A stretch of DNA of 64,000 nt from contig OZ244561.1 in NCBI GenBank assembly GCA_965217585.1, positions 3,520,001 through 3,584,000 of the forward strand, written 5' to 3'. Positions 19,052 to 28,987 of the stretch are shown here, piece after piece; position 1 is the stretch's first letter; each line of letters begins with the position of its first letter. This stretch comes from Candidatus Latescibacterota bacterium (GTDB taxonomy: Bacteria; Latescibacterota; UBA2968; UBA8231). Under the pieces are notes generated by a model, which worked only from the letters and a program-made list of their open reading frames with translations, did not search any database and had not been told where the DNA came from. A program made the position numbers and the translations under genes.

Positions 19052-19282
19052 CTACTCCTTGTCGTGCCCGTTGGGCGTGGTGAATCGGTTGTGCCAGCTG
19101 AGATAATCCTGCTTCCATTCGCTGCGCTTGCGGCGCTTGCGTGCTTGGGGCGTCTCGATGCCGTAGCGGCGACAGAGGCGGCTGAAGCTGCCCGGGGCAA
19201 TGCCCAAGGCCGAGCCGGCGTCGTGGTTGCTGGCGTACATCCGCGCGGCGCGTTCAATGCGATCTTTTGCGATAGGCGGCAT
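19052..19282 (-). CDS. Small basic protein with probable helix-turn-helix
   Basis: [25 protein letters not shown]; SD AAGGAG; 4 nt from the ssb start. Confidence 0.7.
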   Translation of the reverse strand: MPPIAKDRIERAARMYASNHDAGSALGIAPGSFSRLCRRYGIETPQARKRRKRSEWKQDYLSWHNRFTTPNGHDKE

Positions 19283-19304
19283 GAGTTTCTCCTTTTGTGC
19301 CAGA

Positions 19305-19448
19305 TTAGGCTAGGTAGCGGAAAACGGGAAAGCTCCAGACGACGAATATTGCTCCTGTACACAGCGGTCCTAGCCGGCCCACTTGGCGCTGGGCACGCTT
19401 GTTTTTGCTCAACTCGCGTAAGGCGTGAAACGCAAAAATCGGGTTCAT
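19305..19448 (-). CDS. 47-aa small ORF with hydrophobic C-terminus
   Basis: Hand translation [47 protein letters not shown]; SD AGGAG. Confidence 0.45.
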   Translation of the reverse strand: MNPIFAFHALRELSKNKRAQRQVGRLGPLCTGAIFVVWSFPVFRYLA

Positions 19449-19474
19449 TGCTCTGCTCTCCTATGGCCAGCGTA

Positions 19475-19558
19475 TCAGTTGAGAAGCGGTTTCACCGCGA
19501 ATACGAAGAGGCTGACGAGGGCGTACATCAGGCCCTGGCTGATGATCTCGCGTCGCAT
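19475..19558 (-). CDS. 27-aa single-TM peptide
   Basis: [27 protein letters not shown]; SD AAGGAG about 9 nt upstream. Confidence 0.5.
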   Translation of the reverse strand: MRREIISQGLMYALVSLFVFAVKPLLN

Positions 19559-19644
19559 GTGGTTTTGCTCCTTGCGATGAGGTCCATGGTGCTTGGCTTT
19601 CCAACGTAAAAAAGGCCTTTTTTTACTTCGATTACCTGCACAAA

Positions 19645-19673
19645 AAGATAGTAAACATTTGTATATAAGTCAA
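19645..19673 (-). promoter_or_regulatory. Sigma70 promoter with a possible LexA-like box in the spacer
   Basis: TTGACT-17 bp-TATCTT; spacer contains AAAC-ATTT-GTAT, similar to GAAC-N4-GTTC. Confidence 0.5.
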
Positions 19674-19905
19674 GAAATTTGCTTCCTTTTTGCGCCCCGT
19701 TTTACGGGGTTTTTCCCATCTGGCCAAAAAACAATAACTTATTGATATGAAAAAACTTTTTCAGCTTAATAAATTTCCGTTAATAAATGACCGAACAAGA
19801 GTTTCCCCGGCCTGCAAACGCGGTAGTGCCCTGCGGTGCTTCGTTTGTTAGATTATGGGCACTAATGGCACAACGGCTACCAGCCTACGAGAAAGGAGAA
19901 AAGCC

Positions 19906-20319
19906 ATGAGTACGGTACTCGTCCACATTGGCGTCCGAGCCACGGATCTCGAAAAGACCATCCGCTTTTGGCGCGACGGCCTCGGCCTGCCCGTGGTCTC
20001 GACCCACGAGAATTGCTACGACCTCAGCGACGGCCACCACAACTTCCGAGTCTTCCAGCACAACGGCCCGGCCCGCCCGGACCACGTTAGCGGGATGCTC
20101 GACTACCTGCACATCGGCGTGCGGGTGCCTGACCTCGCAGAAGCCGGCCGCCGCCTGTTGGACATGGGCTATGAAATTTTTTCCGATGGTTTGGGAGGTA
20201 AAGAGCCGGTCGATGTCCACAACATCCACGAAGGAGCCTTCAAGGTCGAAGACCCGGACGGCATTACCGTGGACGTGACGGCCAGCGACGACCAATGGCC
20301 TGGCGCGGTCCTCAAATAG
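19906..20319 (+). CDS. VOC/glyoxalase family protein
   Basis: HIGVRATDLEKTIRFW...HIGVRVPD...VEDPDGITVDV. Confidence 0.85.
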   Translation: MSTVLVHIGVRATDLEKTIRFWRDGLGLPVVSTHENCYDLSDGHHNFRVFQHNGPARPDHVSGMLDYLHIGVRVPDLAEAGRRLLDMGYEIFSDGLGGKEPVDVHNIHEGAFKVEDPDGITVDVTASDDQWPGAVLK

Positions 20320-20361
20320 CCCGACTCCATCCCAATCCTTACCCCTAATCGAGAGGATCTA

Positions 20362-21762
20362 ATGCCAGCCAAAAAGACCAACGTCATTATCTTCGGCATC
20401 GACAGCCTGCGCGCCGATCGCATGAGCTGTTATGGCTACCACCGCCAGACCACGCCCCATATCGACCGCTTTGCCGCAGACGCCGTGCTCTTTGAAAAGA
20501 CCTACTCGGCCCACATTCCCACGACCTCGGCCTACGCCTCCATGCTCACCGGCCTCGACTGCTTCGGCACCAGCGTCGTGGCCCTGCGCCACCGCGGCGG
20601 CCTGCCCAAAAAGATCCGCACCCTGCCCGAGATCCTGCGCAGCAGCGGCTACAACACCTCGTGCGTTGGATTCACGGGCAATCCCAGTTCGCGCGGCTTC
20701 AGCCGCTATTTGGACTACCCGGGTTGGGGCACCTTTGCCGAAGGCCGCAGCCCCAAGGCCGAAAACCTCAACCAAGTCGCCATCCCCGAGCTGGAACGGC
20801 TCGCGCGCTCGAAGAAGCCCTTCTTCCTCTTCTTGCGCCACATGGATCCGCACGCCCCCTATCTGCCGCCGGCCCCCTTTGAGCGAATGTTTTACAGCGG
20901 CAACGAATTCGACCCCAAAAACAAGAGCATGGAGCCGGTGTTTAACTTCAAGCCCTTCTGCGACTTCTTTGCCGGTTGGATGCCGCCCGGGGTGCGCGAC
21001 CGCCACTACGTGGACGCCCAGTACGACGGTGCCGTCGCCTATATGGACGCCTGCATTCAGCGCATTCTCACCCGCGTCGAAGAGCTGGGCTTGGGCGACA
21101 ATACCTTAATCGTCATCAACGGCGACCACGGCGAGACCCTGTACGAGCACGAGTGCTGGTACGACCACCACGGCCTCTACGAAAACACGCTGCACGTGCC
21201 GCAGATCATCCGCCTGCCCGGCAAGCTGCCCACCGGCAAGCGCGTCGCGGGCAGCGCGCTGCACCAAGACTTGGTGCCTACCGTGCTCAAGCTCCTCAAC
21301 ATCCGCACGGACATCGCGTTTGACGGCCAGTCGCTGCTGCCGCTGATCGCGGGCCAAAGGGCCTCCAACTACTCGGACTTTTACATCACGGAATGCACTT
21401 GGATGCGCAAGCACGGCTGGCGCACCCCGGAGTGGAAGCTGATCGTCGCGTTAGAGCCGGACTTCCACTTCAAGCCCGAAGTCGAGCTCTACAACTTGGT
21501 CGCCGATCCACTGGAGCTGAAAAACTTGGCCAAAAAAGAGCCGGGGATCGTTGGCACTCTGAAGGAGCGGATGGAGGCTTGGATTGCCAAACGCGAGCGG
21601 GAGACGGGCGCGACCAACCCGATGTTCACCAATTTGCAATGGCATGGCTCGAAGACGCACGAGGGGCCATTCGAAACTTCGCAGCAGGCGTACGACACCC
21701 TGCACATTGGTTCGGTGGGGGCGGCAAACAAATTGCAGGCGGGTAATAAAAAGGGGCCGTAG
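20362..21762 (+). CDS. Sulfatase-like hydrolase (non-canonical active-site motif)
   Basis: NVIIFGIDSLRAD, PTTSAYASMLTG, HMDPHAPY, GDHGE, LHVPQII, ELYNLVADPLE. Confidence 0.88.
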   Translation: MPAKKTNVIIFGIDSLRADRMSCYGYHRQTTPHIDRFAADAVLFEKTYSAHIPTTSAYASMLTGLDCFGTSVVALRHRGGLPKKIRTLPEILRSSGYNTSCVGFTGNPSSRGFSRYLDYPGWGTFAEGRSPKAENLNQVAIPELERLARSKKPFFLFLRHMDPHAPYLPPAPFERMFYSGNEFDPKNKSMEPVFNFKPFCDFFAGWMPPGVRDRHYVDAQYDGAVAYMDACIQRILTRVEELGLGDNTLIVINGDHGETLYEHECWYDHHGLYENTLHVPQIIRLPGKLPTGKRVAGSALHQDLVPTVLKLLNIRTDIAFDGQSLLPLIAGQRASNYSDFYITECTWMRKHGWRTPEWKLIVALEPDFHFKPEVELYNLVADPLELKNLAKKEPGIVGTLKERMEAWIAKRERETGATNPMFTNLQWHGSKTHEGPFETSQQAYDTLHIGSVGAANKLQAGNKKGP

Positions 21763-21842
21763 CGGCACCATGCGTTCTTGTGCAGGCGGTACTCGGTCCT
21801 ACATTGTCGAAGACCAGGCGCAATTTTAGAGGGAAATGCACT

Positions 21843-22409
21843 ATGACCACACAGCCGCAAAACCGCGCCTTCACGGTCGGCGAATACTACCGCATGGCCG
21901 AGGCAGACATCCTCACCGAGGAGGACCGAGTTGAGCTTCTCGCCGGGCAGATTGTCGCCATGAGCCCCATTGGCAGCCGCCACGCCGCTTGTGTCGATCG
22001 ACTCAACGGCTTATTGCATCGCCAGCCAGAACAGGCCTTCATCGTGCGAGTGCAAAGCCCCATCGCCCTCGACGCGTACTCTGAACCGGAGCCTGATCTA
22101 GTGCTGCTCCACCCCCGCGCCGACTTCTACGCGGAGGCCCATCCGTCGGCGGTCGATGTGCTGCTGGCCATCGTAGTCGCCGATACGTCGGCCGACTACG
22201 ACCGCGAGGTCAAGCTGCCGCTCTACGCTCAGGCCGGCCTTCCCGAAGTGTGGCTGATCGACCCCCGCGTACGCGGGGGCCGCATCGAAGTGTACGCCCG
22301 GCCCCAAGGCGGTGCGTACCAACAGCGCATCGAAGTCACAGCCGACACCACCCTCACCTCGCCGACGATCCCCCAGATCGCATTGGCTGCCGCTGACTTG
22401 TTAGGCTGA
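21843..22409 (+). CDS. Uma2 family endonuclease-like protein
   Basis: FTVGEYYRM, VELLAGQIVAMSPIG, SEPEPDL, DREVKLPLYAQAGLPEVW. Confidence 0.9.
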   Translation: MTTQPQNRAFTVGEYYRMAEADILTEEDRVELLAGQIVAMSPIGSRHAACVDRLNGLLHRQPEQAFIVRVQSPIALDAYSEPEPDLVLLHPRADFYAEAHPSAVDVLLAIVVADTSADYDREVKLPLYAQAGLPEVWLIDPRVRGGRIEVYARPQGGAYQQRIEVTADTTLTSPTIPQIALAAADLLG

Positions 22410-22411
22410 TG

Positions 22412-23557
22412 TTACGCCCCCTTTGCCCACGCCCAATCCAGCCACGGGACTAGCGCCTCGATGTCGCTGGTTTCCACGGTGCCTCCTCCCCAGATCCGCA
22501 GGCCGGGGGGCGCGGCGCGGTAGCCGTTGATGTCGTAGGCAACGCCTTCGTCCTCCAATATGGCGACGAGAGCTTTGACCTTTGCCCTCTGCGCGTCCTC
22601 GGTTAAACAGGTAAACCACGCATCGGCGATTCGCAGGCAAATCGACGTACTAGAGCGAATCGCTCGGCGCGCGGGTAAAAACGCGATCCACTCGCTTGCG
22701 GCTTCCCACTGCTCTAGCACCGCGAGGTTGGCCTGCGTGCGCCGCACGAGTTCGGGCAAGCCGCCGATGCTTTCGGCCCAGCGCAGCCCGTCGAGCGCGT
22801 CTTCCACGCACAGTAGGGAGGGCGTGTTGATGGTGTCGCCTTTGAACAGGGCCTCGTTGAGCTGGCCGCCTTGGGTCATGCGGAAGAGTTTGGGCACGGG
22901 CCAAGGCGGCGTGAAGTTTAGGAGCCGCTCGACCGCCCGCGGACTCAGGATGAGCATTCCGTGCGCGGCCTCGCCGCCCATGACCTTTTGCCAAGAGTAG
23001 GTGACTACGTCGAGCTTTTCCCAGGGCAGGTCCACGGCGAAGACCGCGGACGTCGCATCGCAAATCACTAGGCCCTCGCGGTCAGCGGCGATCCACTCGC
23101 CATCGGGCACCTTCACCCCGGAGGTCGTGCCGTTCCACGCAAAGACCACGTCGCGGTCGCAGTCGATCAAGGACAGGTCGGGTAGCTCCCCGAAGTCAGC
23201 GTCGAAGACGCGCACGTCCTCTAGTCGCAAGTGTTGGGTAATGTCCGTCACCCAGCCCTTGCTGAAGCTTTCCCAAGACAGGACATCGACGCCTCGGACG
23301 CCTAGCATCGACCACAGGCACATCTCTACGGCACCCGTATCTGAACCCGGCACTACGGCCATGCGATAGTCGGCCGGTACTCCCAGTAGCGCACGCGACC
23401 GCTCGATGACTTCTTGCAGTTTGGCCCGCCCGATTGCGGCGCGGTGCGAGCGCCCCACGGCCGCTTCCTTTAGAGCAGCAAGATTCCACCCGGGGCGCTT
23501 GGCGCAGGGACCAGAGGAAAAGCAGGGATTTTGCGGTTTGACTGCTGGCTTGGTCAT
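22412..23557 (-). CDS. serC: Phosphoserine aminotransferase (Methanosarcina/alphaproteobacterial type)
   Basis: [51 protein letters not shown]. Confidence 0.93.
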   Translation of the reverse strand: MTKPAVKPQNPCFSSGPCAKRPGWNLAALKEAAVGRSHRAAIGRAKLQEVIERSRALLGVPADYRMAVVPGSDTGAVEMCLWSMLGVRGVDVLSWESFSKGWVTDITQHLRLEDVRVFDADFGELPDLSLIDCDRDVVFAWNGTTSGVKVPDGEWIAADREGLVICDATSAVFAVDLPWEKLDVVTYSWQKVMGGEAAHGMLILSPRAVERLLNFTPPWPVPKLFRMTQGGQLNEALFKGDTINTPSLLCVEDALDGLRWAESIGGLPELVRRTQANLAVLEQWEAASEWIAFLPARRAIRSSTSICLRIADAWFTCLTEDAQRAKVKALVAILEDEGVAYDINGYRAAPPGLRIWGGGTVETSDIEALVPWLDWAWAKGA

Positions 23558-24322
23558 CTACTCGGTCCGCGCCAGCATTCCACCATCCACCGTCAACGTG
23601 GTCCCAGTGATGAAAGACGCCTCGTCCGAGGCGAGGAACAGCACCGCATTGGCGATGTCCTCGCCCGTGCCCAAGCGCTGAGCCGGCACCATCTTGGCGT
23701 AGCGCACGCGCTCTTCCTCTGGCACTTGTAGATCGTCCCACAGGGGCGTCAGGATAGCTCCGGGGAGCACGGCGCAGACGCGGATGTCCGGCCCGTAGTC
23801 AATGGCGAGGGTCCGCGTCAGGCCCAAAACCCCGGCCTTGGCCGCGTCGTAGGCCGTGGCCGTGGCGAAACTCACCAGCGAATGCACCGAGCCGGTGTTG
23901 ATAATCACCCCGCCTCCGGTCTTGCGCATGACTGGGATGCCGTATTTGGCGGCGAGAAAAATTGCCTTCAAGCCGATGTTTAAGGTGCCGTCCCAATCCT
24001 TTTCGTCGAGCTCGGTCGCCGGGCCGTGGCGGAACCATATTGCGTTGTTGTGGACGATATCTACGCGGCCAAAGGCTTCTTCGGTGCGCACGAACATTTC
24101 GATGACCTCGGCGGACTCGCCCACATCGGTGCGGACGAAAATGGCTTCGCCTCCGTCGGCGTTGATTTTATCGACGACCCGCTGGCCGCCGTCGGCGTTG
24201 ACATCTGCCACGCAGACGGACGCGCCTTCGCGCGCCAGAACTTGCGCGGTGACTTCCCCGATTCCCGAGGCTGCGCCTGTTACAATGGCCGCCTTACCGG
24301 CGATTCGACCTTTACTGCTCAT
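23558..24322 (-). CDS. SDR family oxidoreductase
   Basis: TGAASGIG, YDAAK (YxxxK), LFLASDEASFITG. Confidence 0.92.
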   Translation of the reverse strand: MSSKGRIAGKAAIVTGAASGIGEVTAQVLAREGASVCVADVNADGGQRVVDKINADGGEAIFVRTDVGESAEVIEMFVRTEEAFGRVDIVHNNAIWFRHGPATELDEKDWDGTLNIGLKAIFLAAKYGIPVMRKTGGGVIINTGSVHSLVSFATATAYDAAKAGVLGLTRTLAIDYGPDIRVCAVLPGAILTPLWDDLQVPEEERVRYAKMVPAQRLGTGEDIANAVLFLASDEASFITGTTLTVDGGMLARTE

Positions 24323-24337
24323 AGTTGGTCTCCTGTT

Positions 24338-27300
24338 TCAGAAGTTGGATATGCTGTCTGTAAGTATTCTCTTTATATAGTCGTATTGCTCGTTGCGCTC
24401 GGCGAACAGAATATGCGCGTCGGCAAACCGCGCCTTATCCCAAGTGCCATCGTCGTATCGCTTATAAAGGTCTCGGTAAGACGTTGCGGAAACGATGTAC
24501 GAGTCCAGCGTCACGTCCTGCTGCTGACTCCTCGTGCCGATCTCCTTCGCCAATCCCGGCAGCCTTTCGTGAAGCCGCGCCTTGTCGTCGTGCTGGTATG
24601 CTTTTGCGTGGATCATTCCGTGCGGTTCCACAAAGACGATGTGCTGTTTTTTTCCCTTTTTGATCCAGAGGATGAAATCGGGATAGAAGCCGCTCGTCTC
24701 AAAGAAGCCAACGCCCGCCCCACGGCTTAGATTCCGTAGGAGGAACACTTCTACCCCGGCGAGGGATTGGTCGCATTCGGCTGTCCAATAGGCTTTCACA
24801 TCCTTGACGAACCGCTGTTCGTTCTCGTTCAACGCTGGGGGTGCGCTCTTTACTTTGTCGCCCTTCTCAATCAATAGAGGCTGATAGAGATGCCGGTCAA
24901 AGTGAAAGCGGGGCAGTTCCTCTGTTTCTTCTGCGTACAGCCGCTCGCCTTCAACGATCAGCCTTTCAATTTCGTCGATTAATGCGTGCTCGGATTGCCG
25001 GATGCTGACCACGTATTGGCCCTTGGCCTCTGGCTCACGGCTAAAACTCAAATTCGGATCGCGTTCGTCTAGGGGCTTATAGACCATATGCTGCGATTCC
25101 CAACGCTGCCGATGTACCCGATAGAAGGCGTCCACGTACTTCCGCAAAATACAGGTTGCCGCCTCTTGTAGGCGATCCACGTCTTTAATCGACTGTGGCC
25201 GAACAACCGTATCTTCCGCAATCAGACGGTACAGATCCCCATCCGCGATAATCTGCCGTGGTACATCCGGCTGCACGATCAAGTTGTCGCGGCCTTTCTG
25301 TTCCTTGTATTCGAGCAAGTCGAGATACGCCTGCTCCCAATCGATCAGGCGTAGGCTTTTGGGGGGAATAGACTGCTCGGCACCTGAATGGGCTCCAACC
25401 CCGGCGAGGCCAGTAGGATCGCTCTCTAAGGCTTGGACCTTCAAGGACATATCGACACGAACCGTCACGTTCTGGTTGGGCTCTAGGCGAATATCTTCCT
25501 CCGTGGCGAAGTCGCGCTCATCTGGCACCCTGGGGATCACCAACCCCTTTTGTAGCAAGTTCTCGTTGGGACGGATGAACAGCGGCAGTTCCCGGTATGC
25601 TTCGGTCTCCACGCCTTCCCGCTCCAAGTAATTACGGAACTGATCCATGTAGTTGGCACGCACCGCGAAGATGTTGAGCGTCTCCAGCAAGCCAATGTGA
25701 TCGGGGTGGTTGCCATCCAGCGCCACGCTCCGCTTGAGGCTAGCGCCTTTACCTCGCAAGCGTACCCCGCGTCCGAAGATCTGGATGATTTCCGACCCTT
25801 CGCTGCGTCCGATGTTCAGCAGGCCCATGTTCGAAACACGCCAGGAACTCCAGCCCTCTATAAATTTCTTCGCGCCAATGAGTACCTCGATCTTGGTATG
25901 CGTCTCATTGATGCCATCGAATAGAGAGCCAACCAGTGCGTCCTCTTCCAGCGTTAGACCGGCGTCGTCGGATTCCACTAGATTCTTGAATGCGCTGATG
26001 TCGCCAATGTAGATGAGACCGAAGTAGGATTGGGCACCGCTTGCCTTGAGACCCAATTCGCCATCGGCCCCTCGGATCGCGCACAAGTGCAATCCGCCTC
26101 CGGTCGGGGCGTGGAATACCTTTTTTAGTATGTCTTGGTACATCTCATCGGAGGGTTGCTCCATTGCCCGCAGGTACGCGAGTTTGCTCGCGAACACGTC
26201 TTGACCATCTGGCGCGATCAAACCGCTCTCGCCTTTGACGAGTCGCTCAATGGCCGACAGCACCCAACTGCCCTCGTTTTCTAGAACGCGATGTAGGAAC
26301 CGCGCTACTGTCAGCACGTCGCTACGTTTCTGCCGATCCTTGGAATACACCGCGTTCACTGTGCTACCTACAAAGACCCACAGCGGCCGTTCCAAGTGAT
26401 AAGGTCGCAACGCTTGAGCGTGCTCGGCGAACACGCATTGCTGTTCGTAGAACGACAGTAGGTTGCCAAGCAGAAGCCTCTCTGTCTCCTCCTCGATCGT
26501 CTCCTCCAAGAGGTTGAGCACGCGGAAGTCCTTGCCGTACCCGTCGCCGTGGAAGTAGCGGTACGAGTAGTCGAAGACGATGGCTTTCCCGTACTCCACT
26601 GTAAGCTCGTCCTTACGCGCCGCGGTTAGAGCTTGGCCGAACGTGGCACTGTATTCAAAGGTAAAGCCACGCTCGCCTAGCGCGTCACGGAAGCGGCGCC
26701 ACGTCTCTCCTCCCGACCCTTTGTGACCCTCATCGACGAAAATTAGATTGTTACCCTCGAATGCCTCGACGGGTACTCTCACCCCGCCGCCGCGCTTTTG
26801 CTCGATTAGCTTGGTTATTTCAATAACCTGTACCATGTCGTGTGCGCCCATCATAAGGCCGCTCTCGTCGAGGTCGAATCTCCGGCAGGGGATATCCGAG
26901 GCCGTCATCTCTTCGAGATGCTGTTCGCTCAGCCCTTCGTTGGGGGTAATCAACAGCACGTTGTCTAGGGGCTGATTATTGTAGTGCAGGAATTGGCGGT
27001 AATTGAGGTGCATGATGAGGGTTTTGCCGCTGCCGGTCGCCATCCAAAAGGCCAGTTTTTTCAGGTCGGATTCGGAAAACGGCTCACCGGCATCGTAATC
27101 AGCGACAAAATCATTAAGCGAGCGGAGTGTCTCTCCACGGCGATTGAAGTATCCATCGAGGAACACCTCCGCGTAGAGCACCGCCAAATACTGGAAGTAA
27201 CGCAAGGTAATCGGCTCAGAACGGCGGGCGTTCATGACGTGCAGATGGTTGCGGATATTGTCGTCGTACCGGGCCAAGGCGTCCGGCGAAATACCCACTG

Positions 27301-27499
27301 CGTCCCCACGGCTTATCAGCCGGTGATAGACAAAGCTGCGGCCTTCGGCATCGAATCCCTCATCAGATTCCTTCATATCCGCCAGTAGGTCGCGGTTGTG
27401 CTTGTAGCCAAACTGCCGGTTGAGCCATGCTAGCAGGACTAGGTGTTGCTCCAAGCTGGCGATTTGTACAGGCGGCACGATCCTATGCCTCTTCACCAA
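24338..27499 (-). CDS. res: Type III restriction enzyme Res subunit
   Basis: MATGSGKT, VDEGHKG, YSATFGQ, QIFGRGVR, nuclease YPDFILW...FVEPHG. Confidence 0.92.
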   Translation of the reverse strand: MVKRHRIVPPVQIASLEQHLVLLAWLNRQFGYKHNRDLLADMKESDEGFDAEGRSFVYHRLISRGDAVGISPDALARYDDNIRNHLHVMNARRSEPITLRYFQYLAVLYAEVFLDGYFNRRGETLRSLNDFVADYDAGEPFSESDLKKLAFWMATGSGKTLIMHLNYRQFLHYNNQPLDNVLLITPNEGLSEQHLEEMTASDIPCRRFDLDESGLMMGAHDMVQVIEITKLIEQKRGGGVRVPVEAFEGNNLIFVDEGHKGSGGETWRRFRDALGERGFTFEYSATFGQALTAARKDELTVEYGKAIVFDYSYRYFHGDGYGKDFRVLNLLEETIEEETERLLLGNLLSFYEQQCVFAEHAQALRPYHLERPLWVFVGSTVNAVYSKDRQKRSDVLTVARFLHRVLENEGSWVLSAIERLVKGESGLIAPDGQDVFASKLAYLRAMEQPSDEMYQDILKKVFHAPTGGGLHLCAIRGADGELGLKASGAQSYFGLIYIGDISAFKNLVESDDAGLTLEEDALVGSLFDGINETHTKIEVLIGAKKFIEGWSSWRVSNMGLLNIGRSEGSEIIQIFGRGVRLRGKGASLKRSVALDGNHPDHIGLLETLNIFAVRANYMDQFRNYLEREGVETEAYRELPLFIRPNENLLQKGLVIPRVPDERDFATEEDIRLEPNQNVTVRVDMSLKVQALESDPTGLAGVGAHSGAEQSIPPKSLRLIDWEQAYLDLLEYKEQKGRDNLIVQPDVPRQIIADGDLYRLIAEDTVVRPQSIKDVDRLQEAATCILRKYVDAFYRVHRQRWESQHMVYKPLDERDPNLSFSREPEAKGQYVVSIRQSEHALIDEIERLIVEGERLYAEETEELPRFHFDRHLYQPLLIEKGDKVKSAPPALNENEQRFVKDVKAYWTAECDQSLAGVEVFLLRNLSRGAGVGFFETSGFYPDFILWIKKGKKQHIVFVEPHGMIHAKAYQHDDKARLHERLPGLAKEIGTRSQQQDVTLDSYIVSATSYRDLYKRYDDGTWDKARFADAHILFAERNEQYDYIKRILTDSISNF

Positions 27500-27827
27500 C
27501 GATGGCTTTCAGTCGCTCAGTGAGCGGCGGCAAGTCGTTCTGAATAATCTGCCACAGAATATCGAGATTAATGTCATCGTAGCCGTGAACTAGTCGATTA
27601 CGCAGGCCGATAATTTGGGGCCAGGGAATCTCTTGGTGGCGCTGCTGTGTCTCCTCGGAAACGCGGTTGGCCGCTTCGCCCACAATCTCTACCAATTTCT
27701 GCAGGGCGAGTTGCATTACTCGGTCTTCTATCAAGTCATTCAGACTCGTCTCGCCGGACAGAGCGACAGCTTCCTTGGCGTGGATGAGCATGTCCACGAG
27801 ACTTACTCGGTCATCACGCCTGCTCAT
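27483..27827 (-). CDS. HepT-like (DUF86) HEPN ribonuclease
   Basis: EIVGEAA, IPWPQIIGLRNRLVHGY (RX4HXY intact). Confidence 0.92.
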   Translation of the reverse strand: MSRRDDRVSLVDMLIHAKEAVALSGETSLNDLIEDRVMQLALQKLVEIVGEAANRVSEETQQRHQEIPWPQIIGLRNRLVHGYDDINLDILWQIIQNDLPPLTERLKAIVGEEA

Positions 27828-28125
27828 ACTGCACCTCTGCCGAATTGAGTATCTCCTCCCGGAGTAGCCAATTGCGGCTGCTTTCGATTCCTCCGAAGGT
27901 GTACATATCCACTTGCCGGCCGAGTATCTCTGACAACTCGTCCTGCATAGTGATGAACTCCAGCCCTGGCGTTTGGCCTGGCTCGAAATCCACGATTACA
28001 TCCACATCGCTCTCAGGCGTGAAGTCGTCGCGCAGTACCGAGCCGAACAGAGCCATACGCCGGATGTGATTGCGCCGACAAAATTTAGCGATCTCGTCTT
28101 TTGGGATTTCGATTCGCGCACTCAT
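27814..28125 (-). CDS. Minimal nucleotidyltransferase (MntA-like antitoxin)
   Basis: LFGSVLRDDFTPESDVDV (GSX10DXD). Confidence 0.92.
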   Translation of the reverse strand: MSARIEIPKDEIAKFCRRNHIRRMALFGSVLRDDFTPESDVDVIVDFEPGQTPGLEFITMQDELSEILGRQVDMYTFGGIESSRNWLLREEILNSAEVQYEQA

Positions 28126-28170
28126 GGCGTTATTCCTGAAAACATTGTGTCATTTCTTTATTGACGTTGC

Positions 28171-28575
28171 TCATGATCTATTTTCGTAAATCAACTTTTC
28201 AGCCCAACTCACGACTGTTTCGGCGAGGCCAATAACCTGCCGATATTCTTCGTCATCGACGGGTTCACTACTCATAGGATATCGAGATTCAACAGCATAG
28301 TCTGTTAGGGCTGCACTTTCTTCTACCTCTTGAGAAACATCGATACTTTCGGGTAAGAGATCGAGCAATGTTCTGATATTGTGTGTTCTAGGGAAATCAA
28401 TTTCAAGAAATATCAAAACGGCTTTCAGTGTCTTTTCAGCAGCTTGCTGGGCATGGAAACAGAGATTCTCCAGCAAGACACCTTCCGGTTTTTCTATGCG
28501 GGCAAGCTCCAAGTCGCTCTTAGCGTAACGAAGCCAATCCTCAGCGCTACCTGGAACACGAGATTCAGTGTCCAT
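28171..28575 (-). CDS. HEPN domain protein
   Basis: WLRYAKSDLELA, CFHAQQAAEKTLKA, RTHNI, YAVESRYP. Confidence 0.9.
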   Translation of the reverse strand: MDTESRVPGSAEDWLRYAKSDLELARIEKPEGVLLENLCFHAQQAAEKTLKAVLIFLEIDFPRTHNIRTLLDLLPESIDVSQEVEESAALTDYAVESRYPMSSEPVDDEEYRQVIGLAETVVSWAEKLIYENRS

Positions 28576-28960
28576 AAATCTCTATACCTTCCTTTAAAGC
28601 GCTTTTATAGATCAGGCCCCTATTATCCTTGTGCTTTTCCAAATCCTGCGGGGTTGCTACTACAATATCAAAAGGCACACCTAAACCCGTAATTTCCCGA
28701 TACAGCTTCTGCGCCGTTCTCCGTCGGTGAACACCCTCGGGCATGACTACGAGCAGATCGATGTCGCTATGCTCTCCTGCGTCTCCTCTGGCGGCTGAGC
28801 CAAAGAGGATTATTTGTAGAGGATTTACACTTTTTACGATGTCGCCGACCAATTTATCTATGACCGTGCAAGCCGTTTTATCTTTGCTTCCAGCGAGGCT
28901 TCGACGGTCGGGTCCATCAGTCGCTTCTTCAATAGTGTTGTTCATGGTATGTTCCTGCAA
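28565..28960 (-). CDS. Minimal nucleotidyltransferase
   Basis: IILFGSAARGDAGEHSDIDLLVV; start may be 28945. Confidence 0.9.
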   Translation of the reverse strand: MQEHTMNNTIEEATDGPDRRSLAGSKDKTACTVIDKLVGDIVKSVNPLQIILFGSAARGDAGEHSDIDLLVVMPEGVHRRRTAQKLYREITGLGVPFDIVVATPQDLEKHKDNRGLIYKSALKEGIEIYGH

Positions 28961-28987
28961 TCCTCAGTGTCGTCGTGTGAGTCCTTC

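Noticed and set aside
22262-22279. CRISPR array
   Set aside because: Single palindrome inside a CDS; no repeat-spacer periodicity and no cas genes.
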